Below are positions 12,593 to 26,867 of a stretch of 64,000 nucleotides of DNA, in pieces; the first letter of the stretch is position 1; every line of letters begins with the position of its first letter. The notes under the pieces are model-generated. The model had not been told where the DNA came from, did not search any database, and saw only the letters and a list, made by a program, of their open reading frames with translations. This stretch comes from Mizuhopecten yessoensis (taxonomy: Eukaryota), in NCBI RefSeq assembly GCF_002113885.1, contig NW_018480060.1, positions 207,496-271,495 on the forward strand, in the 5' to 3' direction. Position numbers and translations under genes: made by a program.

Positions 12593-15458
12593 AATGCTGA
12601 ACAGCAACTTTTTAATAAAAAGTAGCTTCCTTTGTAAAAATGACAATATAAAATATTACTGCATATGCAATTCATGCAAAATATTGAATAATGATATTAT
12701 TGAACTAAATCTATTGAATTCTCATAATCAAGCTATTTCTAGTAAGAAATTAATTAATTTCAACACCCCTAAAAATCTCTATCTAATCTAGGTTAGACTA
12801 ATCGAGAGACATCTCTTACTCAACACAGCAACCCTCCTGTAGTTTCTAATACACACAATCACACACACCTGGAGGAAGTAGTAACAGAAAATATGGCACA
12901 ACAAGCCAGAGGTCTGTTAACTTCATAAGCCATCATTACAGTTCTGAACTTAAGTATAGCTTGTAAGTTTCGGGGGTAGAGGGTCAGTCAGCTTTGTTTC
13001 TTCCTGTGCTGGTAGGTCGGTTTGACGCCCGGCTCTGGGTCCAACACAAGTCCGATCTCTAACAACAAAGCCCTCAAAGTTGTGAACTGTATCTGGATAC
13101 TATTTGCAAGGTTTTCATTTGATTCAATAAAATGATGAATTATCTCAGATGCAAATTGTAACAATGAAATAAAAATATTGCACAAAGAAAGGGATGTCAA
13201 GTCGTCTTTGTATGAAAGTACATTAAGCTATAATTTTTTAGTATAAAGCTAAGATTGTCATTGATGATGATAGACATTGTTTTACTCCACAGACAATGCA
13301 GGACACACAGTGATGATAATACCGGTATTTGATCACAAGAAGTTTACAGAAGGGGAGATTACTCATGGATATAAAAGAGTCATGGTTCATAATTATAACA
13401 CAATCAATGAATAGAGTTGCAAAAACAAAATGTACATGGAAAGTTTATGGGTATGTAAATACTGCATTGATGGAAAACGTGTTGATTCATGGTACTAAAC
13501 TGCAATCCAGCAATCCAGCAATCCAGGGAGGATCTTTATGATCATTGGATCTGTGTTAATGAAATACGGCCCAAATAATACAAAATCTTACTGGTAAGGA
13601 AAAAGATTACACAACAGGATAGTAAATGTAGGGGACTTTTAAGCTGTCAACTTTATGGCAAGGTATATGCATTTCTTCACGATATTGTATTGTAGTCCGT
13701 ATCATTCTTTCCTCCTGTCTTGAATTTTTGAAGTATTTTGGTTAAAAATGTTATAGTGTAGATATTTAAAGGAAGTAGTGGGCATTAGACTATTTGTAAA
13801 TCAGAATGTATAAACAATCCTGACTTAAATAATATGCTACAATATGTAAAATGAAATAAGCACAGTTCCAAGGATGAGGTGGACTAAACTTAAATACATG
13901 ATGATACCATTGTGATTTTGAATTAATGACTAATATAATTCACAGTCATTATTTTAATCGAACACAACACCTTAAAATCTAAAAAAAAAAAGAGCCTGGT
14001 AATGACAAATATGACTGTCTCAAAAATTAGTGAACAACAGGCAATTAATTCTACTTGAAAATAAGCTCTATTTAAAAATATGGAACCAAAATTAAATTTA
14101 AACTATTGGATGATACAGAAAACTGATGTAAAAGGGATCTGGTACACTTAGCATATAAATCAGAAATTTAATGAAATATATATAAAAAAAAATGTTCCTC
14201 AGATCTGGGCTGCAATGATACACATGTATTGTGCGACAATATATCACAATATTTTGAGTACAGTATATACAATACACAATATTTTTTGGGAAGTCTCGAT
14301 ACAGCCACAATATTTTATATTCCTACACTACATCAACAGTGTAAACAAAACACACTTGTCATCTTTACAAAACCTTTCTATATCGAGGTTTAAGCACTAA
14401 ATTACAACTATCTTTATAAGAAAAGGTTACAAAATAGCTGTTAGTTATAAAAATATTTTTTAAATAAGCTATATTGGGTGGAATCCAGGAATTCTTTCGA
14501 ATGTTATATAAAAAATAACAAAGATGGCTATAAAAATAACAGCCAGAATGAGACTTCAGTATCAAATGGTAATAAAAACATCTGGTAATTATCATTTAAG
14601 TAGGGACATGATCAGTGTACAATTGGACAGTCACAACAGCTGCTTAATTATTATTAAAAAATTGAAATCTTGTTAACGCTTTGTAATGTGCTTCTGAATA
14701 CTGGGAAAATTTCCCCCTTCACTCAGATAATCCATATCTGCCCAGAGTTATCCCCCTTCACTCTCGCCCTTATTTTTGAGGGATAAAAAGTGGAAAGGTA
14801 AACCATTGAGAAACTTCCCCAGTATACCGTTTCTTATACAACAAAGGACTCCTTCTATAAGTTGTTTACCTTCGTCAGTTTTATTGTATCTGTATGCAGT
14901 TAGCAACAATACTTGACGGACTCATGAGAAACCTCAAAAATCATCTCTAGAACATGTTTTCATAACTTAAATGTCAAAACTTTCTGCAAACTTTTAGCGG
15001 TTCATATCATTGTGTTGTGATGTAACTTCCGGCATATTTCTGAAGTTTGTTTTAGTTTTGCACCTTAAGGATAGCATAGTCTTCGTATATCATACTCTTT
15101 TTAGAATTAAAGAAGGACTAAATGCAATTGTTAAAATTGTTTTGCTAAAGTTGTTTGTATCTTTATATTACCTATGTGTGGTATATAATAGTCTGTACTT
15201 TTAAAAGTGGCTCATGGCCAGGTTTGAATCAGGCAAGGAATAGAGCCAAGCCGGGTTACCCTTGTGTTAGGTCATTTTATAGCAGATTCCTGCTATATCA
15301 TATTTCTGTACACAAACTAATTTAGTTTAGTCCAGTATTTATTTTTTCAATTCATATTCATGACCTGTGGTGAACTGTTGAGTTAAATTTGGAGGGAACT
15401 GATGTGAAATACTGTAGGATTTGAGTGAGCTTTATAAGGAGGAATGAAAGGAAATATG

Positions 15459-15547
15459 AACTCCTTCACCCATGAAATTTCATAATGAACTATTCCAAAC
15501 TTTCAATTGGAAGAGTTCAAATGTGGCTTTAGGGGCGAATGAGTTAA
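15459..15547. mobile_element. ~88-bp MITE (AACTCATTCACCCCTGAA...TTCAGGGGTGAATGAGTT family), copy 1
   Basis: Inverted termini; related copies at 26705 and 50783. Confidence 0.75.
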
Positions 15548-16068
15548 TATTAAGATCTAGATAAAATACTTAAAATTTACGAACCTGTGGTGAACCGTAA
15601 AATTAGACTCAGAGGAAAAAAACATTTTAGGACTAATGACATATCCAATATAACTTGTGATAAAAAGTGAGGTTAACCTCACACGAAAATAATGTGACAT
15701 GTTGGGTTTATCTTAAGTAAAAGTAAGCTAACAGGTGTATTTTCTATCTAATACATAATAAATAGTACTTGTGATTTTCTAATATTTATCCTTTGAGGTT
15801 TTCCTGTTATCTAAGTACGACTCATGCTATGGTGACACTGTTAAGAAGTGTTATTGATAGAATATTGTGCACTGTACATAATACATGTTAATTAAATGAA
15901 ACCTTGCAAATTGTATTATGTTGACCTCATAATTTCTGGTACCAAATTAATTCATTGCTTTCGTGAACAAAAAGCAAGTTTCACAACAAGAGGGAGTTGG
16001 TTAAACAAGCAGATGATTCACAGGACGTAACGACTGGTTAAGTCACGAGTCTGACATTAGTACTTTGG

Positions 16069-16259
16069 TCACCGGTAACCGAGGGCCTCCACTTTCTTTC
16101 CGGCCCCGCCCATTGTGAGGCCTCCCAATATGTGGAGTCGTCCGTTCAGCATGATATGAGCACACGAGCAGTGAGAGGAGGGCAGATCTGTAATCTCACT
16201 CCACTGTTTGCTGCCCCAGTCAAAGGCCTCAACAGAGTTCAGCGGTTTACCTTGATTAC
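16069..16259 (-). CDS. KLHDC8: KLHDC8-like kelch protein, last coding exon (GNQGKPLNSVEAFDW...KVEALGYR*)
   Basis: Acceptor TTTTGCAG at 16260; phase 1; resembles the KLHDC8A/B C-terminal blade as recalled (GNQP.PL.SVE.F...CSC...GG). Confidence 0.9.
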
Positions 16260-16651
16260 CTGCAAAATAATTATTTAATATAACAATATTTTTAGTAATG
16301 ATTTTCTGGCTGATCAAGGGATTTTTATCATAGGGAGAGGATTTTTGAAAGTAAATGTTGAGAGTACATTATCACAGCAAAGGTATCAGAATACAACAAG
16401 TATTTTCTATTTTAGCTTGAAACTGTATAGCTGTGGTCATTGTGATCTCATTTTGTTTCCTTTTTCAACCAACAAGATACCAATGACCGGTATTACCACA
16501 CACACGTTGGTAGTCTACTAGACACTACCTCTGTTGGTGCTAGGGATTTGTATTTTTTTCCCCCTGGCCAACAAGGCTGATTAACATAAGTTAAGACATA
16601 ACATAGAACTTGATTTATAAGTGTTGTACAAAGACCACCAGAACACACAAA

Positions 16652-18200
16652 AACAAGAGGCCCATAGGGCCTGTATCGCTCACCTGGATATCTAAGCAAT
16701 CATGGCAGAATATTCTCCAAATGAGATCCATGGGAATATGCCAGACCCCAAGGCCAATCCTTGTAGCATATATATCTGTATTCAATTTTTCATGCCCAGC
16801 AATTTTATGTATGGTTATGGGGTGGGGATCTCAACTGTTTCCAATCTGTGACTCAGAAACTAGGTCCCTANNNNNNNNNNNNNNNNNNNNNNNNNNNNNN
16901 NNNNNNNNNNNNNNNNNNNNNNNNNNNNNNNNNNNNNNNNNNNNNNNNNNNNNNNNNNNNNNNNNNNNNNNNNNNNNNNNNNNNNNNNNNNNNNNNNNNN
17001 NNNNNNNNNNNNNNNNNNNNNNNNNNNNNNNNNNNNNNNNNNNNNNNNNNNNNNNNNNNNNNNNNNNNNNNNNNNNNNNNNNNNNNNNNNNNNNNNNNNN
17101 NNNNNNNNNNNNNNNNNNNNNNNNNNNNNNNNNNNNNNNNNNNNNNNNNNNNNNNNNNNNNNNNNNNNNNNNNNNNNNNNNNNNNNNNNNNNNNNNNNNN
17201 NNNNNNNNNNNNNNNNNNNNNNNNNNNNNNNNNNNNNNNNNNNNNNNNNNNNNNNNNNNNNNNNNNNNNNNNNNNNNNNNNNNNNNNNNNNNNNNNNNNN
17301 NNNNNNNNNNNNNNNNNNNNNNNNNNNNNNNNNNNNNNNNNNNNNNNNNNNNNNNNNNNNNNNNNNNNNNNNNNNNNNNNNNNNNNNNNNNNNNNNNNNN
17401 NNNNNNNNNNNNNNNNNNNNNNNNNNNNNNNNNNNNNNNNNNNNNNNNNNNNNNNNNNNNNNNNNNNNNNNNNNNNNNNNNNNNNNNNNNNNNNNNNNNN
17501 NNNNNNNNNNNNNNNNNNNNNNNNNNNNNNNNNNNNNNNNNNNNNNNNNNNNNNNNNNNNNNNNNNNNNNNNNNNNNNNNNNNNNNNNNNNNNNNNNNNN
17601 NNNNNNNNNNNNNNNNNNNNNNNNNNNNNNNNNNNNNNNNNNNNNNNNNNNNNNNNNNNNNNNNNNNNNNNNNNNNNNNNNNNNNNNNNNNNNNNNNNNN
17701 NNNNNNNNNNNNNNNNNNNNNNNNNNNNNNNNNNNNNNTCAGCCCCCTGGGGAGTCAGCCCCACAATTTGTACAATTTTGAATCCCTGCATCCCATGAAT
17801 GCTTTTGATTAAATATGATCGATATCCAGTGCATAGTTCTACAGAAGAAGTCATTTGTAGAAATATAGCCAAATTACCCCTTTTTGGCCCCGCCTCTCAG
17901 CCCCCTGGGGGGTCAGCCCAACCATTTGTACAATTTTGAATCTCCACCACCTAGGGATGCTTCCAGTCTAATATGGTTGATATCCATCACTTGGTTCCAG
18001 AGAAGAAGTCGCTTAAAGCAGTTTAGCCAAATTGCCCCCTTTTGGCCCCGCCCCTCAGCCCCCTGGGGGGTCAGCCCTACCATTTGTACAATTTTGAATC
18101 CCCACCACTTAGGGATGCTTCCAGTCAAATTTAGTTAAATTCCAATCAGTGATTAAGAAGAATAAAGAAATTGTTGACGGACGGACGAGGTGAGCTAAAA
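16652..18200 (-). mobile_element. Non-autonomous Helentron (HINE) carrying ~158-bp tandem repeats; gap inside; intronic
   Basis: Subterminal inverted repeats GCTCACCT/AGGTGAGC, terminal palindrome AGGCCCATAGGGCCT, (GACG)n microsatellite, and TCAGCCCC units at 17739, 17897 and 18055. Confidence 0.85.
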
Positions 18201-18509
18201 ATTATACAGTGATGACAGGGGACAATTATTTTAATACTCCATTGTTTCAGAAACCAAAATATTTAGGTACGTACTTGTATAAAACATTTTGATACTTCCC
18301 GAAAATTGTTTTGATTTTTTAGAAGATTTTTAGCACTTAGATTGACGTTTCATCTTTGTACTTTAAATGTGTTTTTGTTATGTGTATTACTGACTTCAAA
18401 TTTTAAAATTCTTCACCATTTTTCAACTTTAAAAAGCAGTACTGAAACATCCTACTCTTCGGTACCAAAACTCTTGGTACCAAACAACTAGGATTCTAAA
18501 ACAGACAGA

Positions 18510-21500
18510 TCTAGACCACCAGCACATATAACCCTGTTGACATACCTAGACCATCTGCACAAATACCTCTGTTGACATACCTAGACCACCAGCACATATA
18601 AACCTGTTGACATATCTAGACCACCAGCACATATAACCCTGTTGACATACCTAGACCATCAGCACAAATAAGTCTGTTGTTATACCTAGACCACCAGCAC
18701 ATATAACCCTGATGACATACCTAGACCACCAGCACATATAACCCTGATGACATACCTAGACCACCAGCACATATAAATCTGTTGACATAACTAGACCACC
18801 AGAACATATAACTGTACATACCTAGACCACCAGCACATATAAGTATATTGGCATACCTAGACCACCAGCACATATAAGCCTGTTGACATATCTAGACCAC
18901 CAGCACATATAACCCTGTTGAGGTACCTAGACCACCAGCACATATAACCCTGATGACATACCTAGACCACCAGCACATATAAGTCTATTGGCACAAATAC
19001 CTCTGTTGACATACCTAGACCACCAGAACACATAACTGTGACATACCTAGACCACCAGCACATATAACTCTGTTGACGTACCTAGACCACCAGCACATAT
19101 AACCCTGTTGACGTACCTAGACCACCAGCACATATAACTCTGTTGACATACCTTGACAACCATCACATATAAATATGTTGCATACCTAGACCACCAGCAA
19201 ATATAAGTCTGTTGACATACCTAGACAACCAGCACATATAAATATGTTGCATCCCTAGACCACCAGCAAATATAAGTCTGTTGACATACCTAGACAACCA
19301 GCACAATTAACTCTGTTGATGTACCTAGACCATCAGCACAAATACCTCTGTTGACATACCTAGACCACCATCACATATAAGTCTATTGGCATACCTAGAC
19401 CACCAGCACATATAAATCTGTTGACATAACTAGACCACCAGAACATATAACTGTGACATCCCTAGACCACCAGCACATATAACTCTGTTGACATACCTTG
19501 ACAACCATCACATATAAATATGTTGCATACCTAGACCACCAGCAAATATAAGTCTGTTGACATACCTAGACAACCAGCACAATTAACGCGGTTGATGTAC
19601 CTAGACCATCAGCACAAATACCTCTGTTGACATACCTAGACCACCATCACATATAAGTCTATTGGCATACCTAGACCACCAGCACATATAACTCTGTTGA
19701 CGTACCTAGACCACCAGCACATATAAGTCTGTTGACATAACTAAACCACCAGCACAAGAAACGCTGTTGATGTACCTAGACCACCAGCACATATAAGCCT
19801 GTTGACATATCTAGACCACCAGCACATATACCTCTGTTGATGTACCTAGACCACCAGCACATATAACCCTGTTGAGGTACCTAGACCACCAGCACATATA
19901 ACTCTGTTAGTCAAATTTAGTTAAATTCCAATCAGTGATTAAGAAGAATAAAGAAATTGTTGACGGACGGACGAGGTGAGCTAAAAATTATACAGTGATG
20001 ACAGGGGACAATTATTTTAATACTCCATTGTTTCAGAAACCAAAATATTTAGGTACGTACTTGTATAAAACATTTTGATACTTCCCGAAAATTGTTTTGA
20101 TTTTTTAGAAGATTTTTAGCACTTAGATTGACGTTTCATCTTTGTACTTTAAATGTGTTTTTGTTATGTGTATTACTGACTTCAAATTTTAAAATTCTTC
20201 ACCATTTTTCAACTTTAAAAAGCAGTACTGAAACATCCTACTCTTCGGTACCAAAACTCTTGGTACCAAACAACTAGGATTCTAAAACAGACAGATCTAG
20301 ACCACCAGCACATATAACCCTGTTGACATACCTAGACCATCTGCACAAATACCTCTGTTGACATACCTAGACCACCAGCACATATAAACCTGTTGACATA
20401 TCTAGACCACCAGCACATATAACCCTGTTGACATACCTAGACCATCAGCACAAATACCTCTGTTGACATACCTAGACCACCAGAACATATAACTGTGACA
20501 TACCTAGACCACCAGCACATATAACTCTGTTGACATACCTTGACAACCAGCACATATAAATATGTTGCATACCTAGACCACCAGCAAATATAAGTCTGTT
20601 GACATACCTAGACAACCAGCACAATTAACTCTGTTGATGTACCTAGACCATCAGCACAAATACCTCTGTTGACATACCTAGACCACCAGAACATATAACT
20701 GTGACATACCTAGACCACCAGCACATATAACTCTGTTGACATACCTTGACAACCAGCACATATAAATATGTTGCATACCTAGACCACCAGCAAATATAAG
20801 TCTGTTGACATACCTAGACAACCAGCACAATTAACTCTGTTGATGTACCTAGACCATCAGCACAAATACCTCTGTTGACATACCTAGACCACCAGAACAT
20901 ATAACTGTGACATACCTAGACCACCAGCACATATAACTCTGTTGACATACCTTGACAACCAGCACATATAAATATGTTGCATACCTAGACCACCAGCAAA
21001 TATAAGTCTGTTGACATACCTAGACAACCAGCACAATTAACTCTGTTGATGTACCTAGACCATCAGCACAAATACCTCTGTTGACATACCTAGACCACCA
21101 GAACATATAACTGTGACATACCTAGACCACCAGCACATATAACTCTGTTGACATACCTTGACAACCAGCACATATAAATATGTTGCATACCTAGACCACC
21201 AGCAAATATAAGTCTGTTGACATACCTAGACAACCAGCACAATTAACTCTGTTGATGTACCTAGACCATCAGCACAAATACCTCTGTTGACATACCTAGA
21301 CCACCAGAACATATAACTGTGACATACCTAGACCACCAGCACATATAACTCTGTTGACATACCTTGACAACCAGCACATATAAATATGTTGCATACCTAG
21401 ACCACCAGCAAATATAAGTCTGTTGACATACCTAGACAACCAGCACAATTAACTCTGTTGATGTACCTAGACCATCAGCACAAATACCTCTGTTGACATA

Positions 21501-24500
21501 CCTAGACCACCAGAACATATAACTGTGACATACCTAGACCACCAGCACATATAACTCTGTTGACATACCTTGACAACCAGCACATATAAATATGTTGCAT
21601 ACCTAGACCACCAGCAAATATAAGTCTGTTGACATACCTAGACAACCAGCACAATTAACTCTGTTGATGTACCTAGACCATCAGCACAAATACCTCTGTT
21701 GACATACCTAGACCACCAGAACATATAACTGTGACATACCTAGACCACCAGCACATATAACTCTGTTGACATACCTTGACAACCAGCACATATAAATATG
21801 TTGCATACCTAGACCACCAGCAAATATAAGTCTGTTGACATACCTAGACAACCAGCACAATTAACTCTGTTGATGTACCTAGACCATCAGCACAAATACC
21901 TCTGTTGACATACCTAGACCACCAGAACATATAACTGTGACATACCTAGACCACCAGCACATATAACTCTGTTGACATACCTTGACAACCAGCACATATA
22001 AATATGTTGCATACCTAGACCACCAGCAAATATAAGTCTGTTGACATACCTAGACAACCAGCACAATTAACTCTGTTGATGTACCTAGACCATCAGCACA
22101 AATACCTCTGTTGACATACCTAGACCACCAGAACATATAACTGTGACATACCTAGACCACCAGCACATATAACTCTGTTGACATACCTTGACAACCAGCA
22201 CATATAAATATGTTGCATACCTAGACCACCAGCAAATATAAGTCTGTTGACATACCTAGACAACCAGCACAATTAACTCTGTTGATGTACCTAGACCATC
22301 AGCACAAATACCTCTGTTGACATACCTAGACCACCAGAACATATAACTGTGACATACCTAGACCACCAGCACATATAACTCTGTTGACATACCTTGACAA
22401 CCAGCACATATAAATATGTTGCATACCTAGACCACCAGCAAATATAAGTCTGTTGACATACCTAGACAACCAGCACAATTAACTCTGTTGATGTACCTAG
22501 ACCATCAGCACAAATACCTCTGTTGACATACCTAGACCACCAGAACATATAACTGTGACATACCTAGACCACCAGCACATATAACTCTGTTGACATACCT
22601 TGACAACCAGCACATATAAATATGTTGCATACCTAGACCACCAGCAAATATAAGTCTGTTGACATACCTAGACAACCAGCACAATTAACTCTGTTGATGT
22701 ACCTAGACCATCAGCACAAATACCTCTGTTGACATACCTAGACCACCAGAACATATAACTGTGACATACCTAGACCACCAGCACATATAACTCTGTTGAC
22801 ATACCTTGACAACCAGCACATATAAATATGTTGCATACCTAGACCACCAGCAAATATAAGTCTGTTGACATACCTAGACAACCAGCACAATTAACTCTGT
22901 TGATGTACCTAGACCATCAGCACAAATACCTCTGTTGACATACCTAGACCACCAGAACATATAACTGTGACATACCTAGACCACCAGCACATATAACTCT
23001 GTTGACATACCTTGACAACCAGCACATATAAATATGTTGCATACCTAGACCACCAGCAAATATAAGTCTGTTGACATACCTAGACAACCAGCACAATTAA
23101 CTCTGTTGATGTACCTAGACCATCAGCACAAATACCTCTGTTGACATACCTAGACCACCAGAACATATAACTGTGACATACCTAGACCACCAGCACATAT
23201 AACTCTGTTGACATACCTTGACAACCAGCACATATAAATATGTTGCATACCTAGACCACCAGCAAATATAAGTCTGTTGACATACCTAGACAACCAGCAC
23301 AATTAACTCTGTTGATGTACCTAGACCATCAGCACAAATACCTCTGTTGACATACCTAGACCACCAGAACATATAACTGTGACATACCTAGACCACCAGC
23401 ACATATAACTCTGTTGACATACCTTGACAACCAGCACATATAAATATGTTGCATACCTAGACCACCAGCAAATATAAGTCTGTTGACATACCTAGACAAC
23501 CAGCACAATTAACTCTGTTGATGTACCTAGACCATCAGCACAAATACCTCTGTTGACATACCTAGACCACCAGAACATATAACTGTGACATACCTAGACC
23601 ACCAGCACATATAACTCTGTTGACATACCTTGACAACCAGCACATATAAATATGTTGCATACCTAGACCACCAGCAAATATAAGTCTGTTGACATACCTA
23701 GACAACCAGCACAATTAACTCTGTTGATGTACCTAGACCATCAGCACAAATACCTCTGTTGACATACCTAGACCACCAGAACATATAACTGTGACATACC
23801 TAGACCACCAGCACATATAACTCTGTTGACATACCTTGACAACCAGCACATATAAATATGTTGCATACCTAGACCACCAGCAAATATAAGTCTGTTGACA
23901 TACCTAGACAACCAGCACAATTAACTCTGTTGATGTACCTAGACCATCAGCACAAATACCTCTGTTGACATACCTAGACCACCAGAACATATAACTGTGA
24001 CATACCTAGACCACCAGCACATATAACTCTGTTGACATACCTTGACAACCAGCACATATAAATATGTTGCATACCTAGACCACCAGCAAATATAAGTCTG
24101 TTGACATACCTAGACAACCAGCACAATTAACTCTGTTGATGTACCTAGACCATCAGCACAAATACCTCTGTTGACATACCTAGACCACCAGAACATATAA
24201 CTGTGACATACCTAGACCACCAGCACATATAACTCTGTTGACATACCTTGACAACCAGCACATATAAATATGTTGCATACCTAGACCACCAGCAAATATA
24301 AGTCTGTTGACATACCTAGACAACCAGCACAATTAACTCTGTTGATGTACCTAGACCATCAGCACAAATACCTCTGTTGACATACCTAGACCACCAGAAC
24401 ATATAACTGTGACATACCTAGACCACCAGCACATATAACTCTGTTGACATACCTTGACAACCAGCACATATAAATATGTTGCATACCTAGACCACCAGCA

Positions 24501-25566
24501 AATATAAGTCTGTTGACATACCTAGACAACCAGCACAATTAACTCTGTTGATGTACCTAGACCATCAGCACAAATACCTCTGTTGACATACCTAGACCAC
24601 CAGAACATATAACTGTGACATACCTAGACCACCAGCACATATAACTCTGTTGACATACCTTGACAACCAGCACATATAAATATGTTGCATACCTAGACCA
24701 CCAGCAAATATAAGTCTGTTGACATACCTAGACAACCAGCACAATTAACTCTGTTGATGTACCTAGACCATCAGCACAAATACCTCTGTTGACATACCTA
24801 GACCACCAGAACATATAACTGTGACATACCTAGACCACCAGCACATATAACTCTGTTGACATACCTTGACAACCAGCACATATAAATATGTTGCATACCT
24901 AGACCACCAGCAAATATAAGTCTGTTGACATACCTAGACAACCAGCACAATTAACTCTGTTGATGTACCTAGACCATCAGCACAAATACCTCTGTTGACA
25001 TACCTAGACCACCAGAACATATAACTGTGACATACCTAGACCACCAGCACATATAACTCTGTTGACATACCTTGACAACCAGCACATATAAATATGTTGC
25101 ATACCTAGACCACCAGCAAATATAAGTCTGTTGACATACCTAGACAACCAGCACAATTAACTCTGTTGATGTACCTAGACCATCAGCACAAATACCTCTG
25201 TTGACATACCTAGACNCCTGTCGACGTACCTAGACCACCAGCACATATAACTCTGTTGACATACCTAGACCACCAGCACATATAAGTCTATTGACATACC
25301 TAGACCACCTGTACATATAAGACTGCTGACATACCTAGACCACCAGCACATATAACTCTGCTGACATACCTAGACCACCAGCACATATAACTCTGTTGAC
25401 ATACCTAGACCACCAGCACATATAAGTCTGTTGACATACCTAGACCACCAGCACATATAACCCTGTTGACGTTCCTAGACCACCAGCACATATAACTCTG
25501 TTGACATACCTAGACCACCAACATATATAACTGTTGACATACCTAGACCACCAGCACATATAATTC
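18510..25566. repeat. 35-bp minisatellite (CATACCTAGACCACCAGCACATATAACTCTGTTGA) derived from the KLHDC8 exon/intron junction; interrupted at 19909-20295; 206-bp higher-order repeat at ~20457-25215
   Basis: The reverse complement of the unit equals the exon 3' end plus donor GTATGTCAACAG; roughly 190 units. Confidence 0.97.
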
Positions 25567-25635
25567 TGGTGCCGACCACTCCAACAGCAAAATCTCCTCG
25601 CTTTATCTTCATGTCAGGAGCTCCTTCCCATTGTT
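25543..25635 (-). CDS. KLHDC8: KLHDC8-like exon (KQWEGAPDMKIKRGDFAVGVVGTRIICAGGL); absent from the ORF track
   Basis: 93 nt; acceptor TTTGTTTACAG, donor G|GTATGT; phase 1-1; kelch KR.DF...GG motif. Confidence 0.9.
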
Positions 25636-26276
25636 CTGTAAACAAAAGGAACATAAAACTCTTTTCTGGTGTATATAAATTAAAGACTTACATACAGAAT
25701 GGAATCACATATTTTTTATTTACTACAATGATATACATTTCATTACAGAAGCGCTGGGATGTAGCACTTTAGTATGGAAAGATTGCAATAGCAGTAATTA
25801 CTTTTATCAGTTGTAAAATAGCATAATTTCACTTTACATTATTTTAAAGTCTAAACTGATGCATAATGTTTAAATGCAAAATAGATATACATGTACAACA
25901 TTCCAAGACAAAAAATGATATTTAATGTGCCATTAAAAATTAATATAAAATGTTAACAGGCATATTGATTTATCCTGGTATAATGTTCCAAGGCAAAATG
26001 GATATAAAATGTTCTAAGGCAAAACTGATACATTTCCCATACGGCAAAATTGTTATATAATATACAAACTGATACATAATGTTCGCAGGTACTACCAACA
26101 TAGAAAACAAAGCAGCAAAGTCAACTGACTCAGTTTTCTTCAATATCAACCTATACAGTGTGTTGTAGCGTGAACCACAATACACTGAACCCAGACCTAA
26201 TAAAGTAAGGGATGATTTGTGAGGAGAATGGGATCAGACTTAATCCCTACAGAGGGTCCAGTAACGTATAACCTAC

Positions 26277-26489
26277 TTGTTTCTGTGTTGAAAAGTTCCA
26301 TGGCACTGGAGAAGCCCAGGGTGGCAGGTTGGTTGAGACCCCCTATACTGAAGATGTACTTGTCAGCGGCCGCATACATAGCAAATACTCGTTTGGTCAT
26401 CCCCGGGATGTTAGCAAGCTGTTCCCACTTATTCTGCTCGAAATCGTAACACTCAAAGGCTGCACTTGGAATTTTTCCTTGTCGTCCTC
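26277..26489 (-). CDS. KLHDC8: KLHDC8-like exon (GGRQGKIPSAAFECYDF...GGLNQP...MELFNTET)
   Basis: 213 nt, phase 1-1; the GGRQGK.P..AFE and FS.GGL.QP motifs match KLHDC8 as recalled. Confidence 0.92.
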
Positions 26490-26704
26490 CTGTTACAATG
26501 AAAGATTACACAATGATAACACTACCTTAATAGCTTTCCTACTTTCAATTACTGGTACTCCTCACTCATTTGATTGTATTTCAGAATATTGTGCTTTAGA
26601 ATCTTGTGATTTGAAATGAAAGTAAATGAAAGTAACAAGTTTAATATAAGTACAGCTATTACATCTTTGATTTGACCACAGGTGACCATTATATGCTGTA
26701 GTTA

Positions 26705-26791
26705 AACTCATTCACCCCTGAAATTGTATAATGAACTATTCCATCCTTTGAGTTGGAAGAGTTTAAATGTGTCTTCAGGGGTGAATGAGTT
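26705..26791. mobile_element. ~88-bp MITE, copy 2 (intronic)
   Basis: AACTCATTCACCCCTGAA ... TTCAGGGGTGAATGAGTT perfect inverted ends. Confidence 0.85.
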
Positions 26792-26867
26792 GACTGGAGT
26801 GTGGTGTATTACCTGGTACATCTAATCATAAATGTATTCATGCAAGTATAAAAGAAAATTAAATTAC

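Noticed and set aside
12988-13095. GC-richer minus-strand segment (IQFTTLRALLLEIGLVLDPEPGVKPTYQHRKKQS*) as an extra terminal exon
   Set aside because: Weak acceptor, no phase-compatible donor found and no recognisable homology; KLHDC8 already ends properly at 16069.
8929-17872. Long X-filled ORFs
   Set aside because: They span N gaps.
18510-25566. CRISPR-like appearance of regular ~35-bp units (also the 41- and 44-bp arrays)
   Set aside because: No unique spacers, no cas genes and a eukaryotic intronic context.
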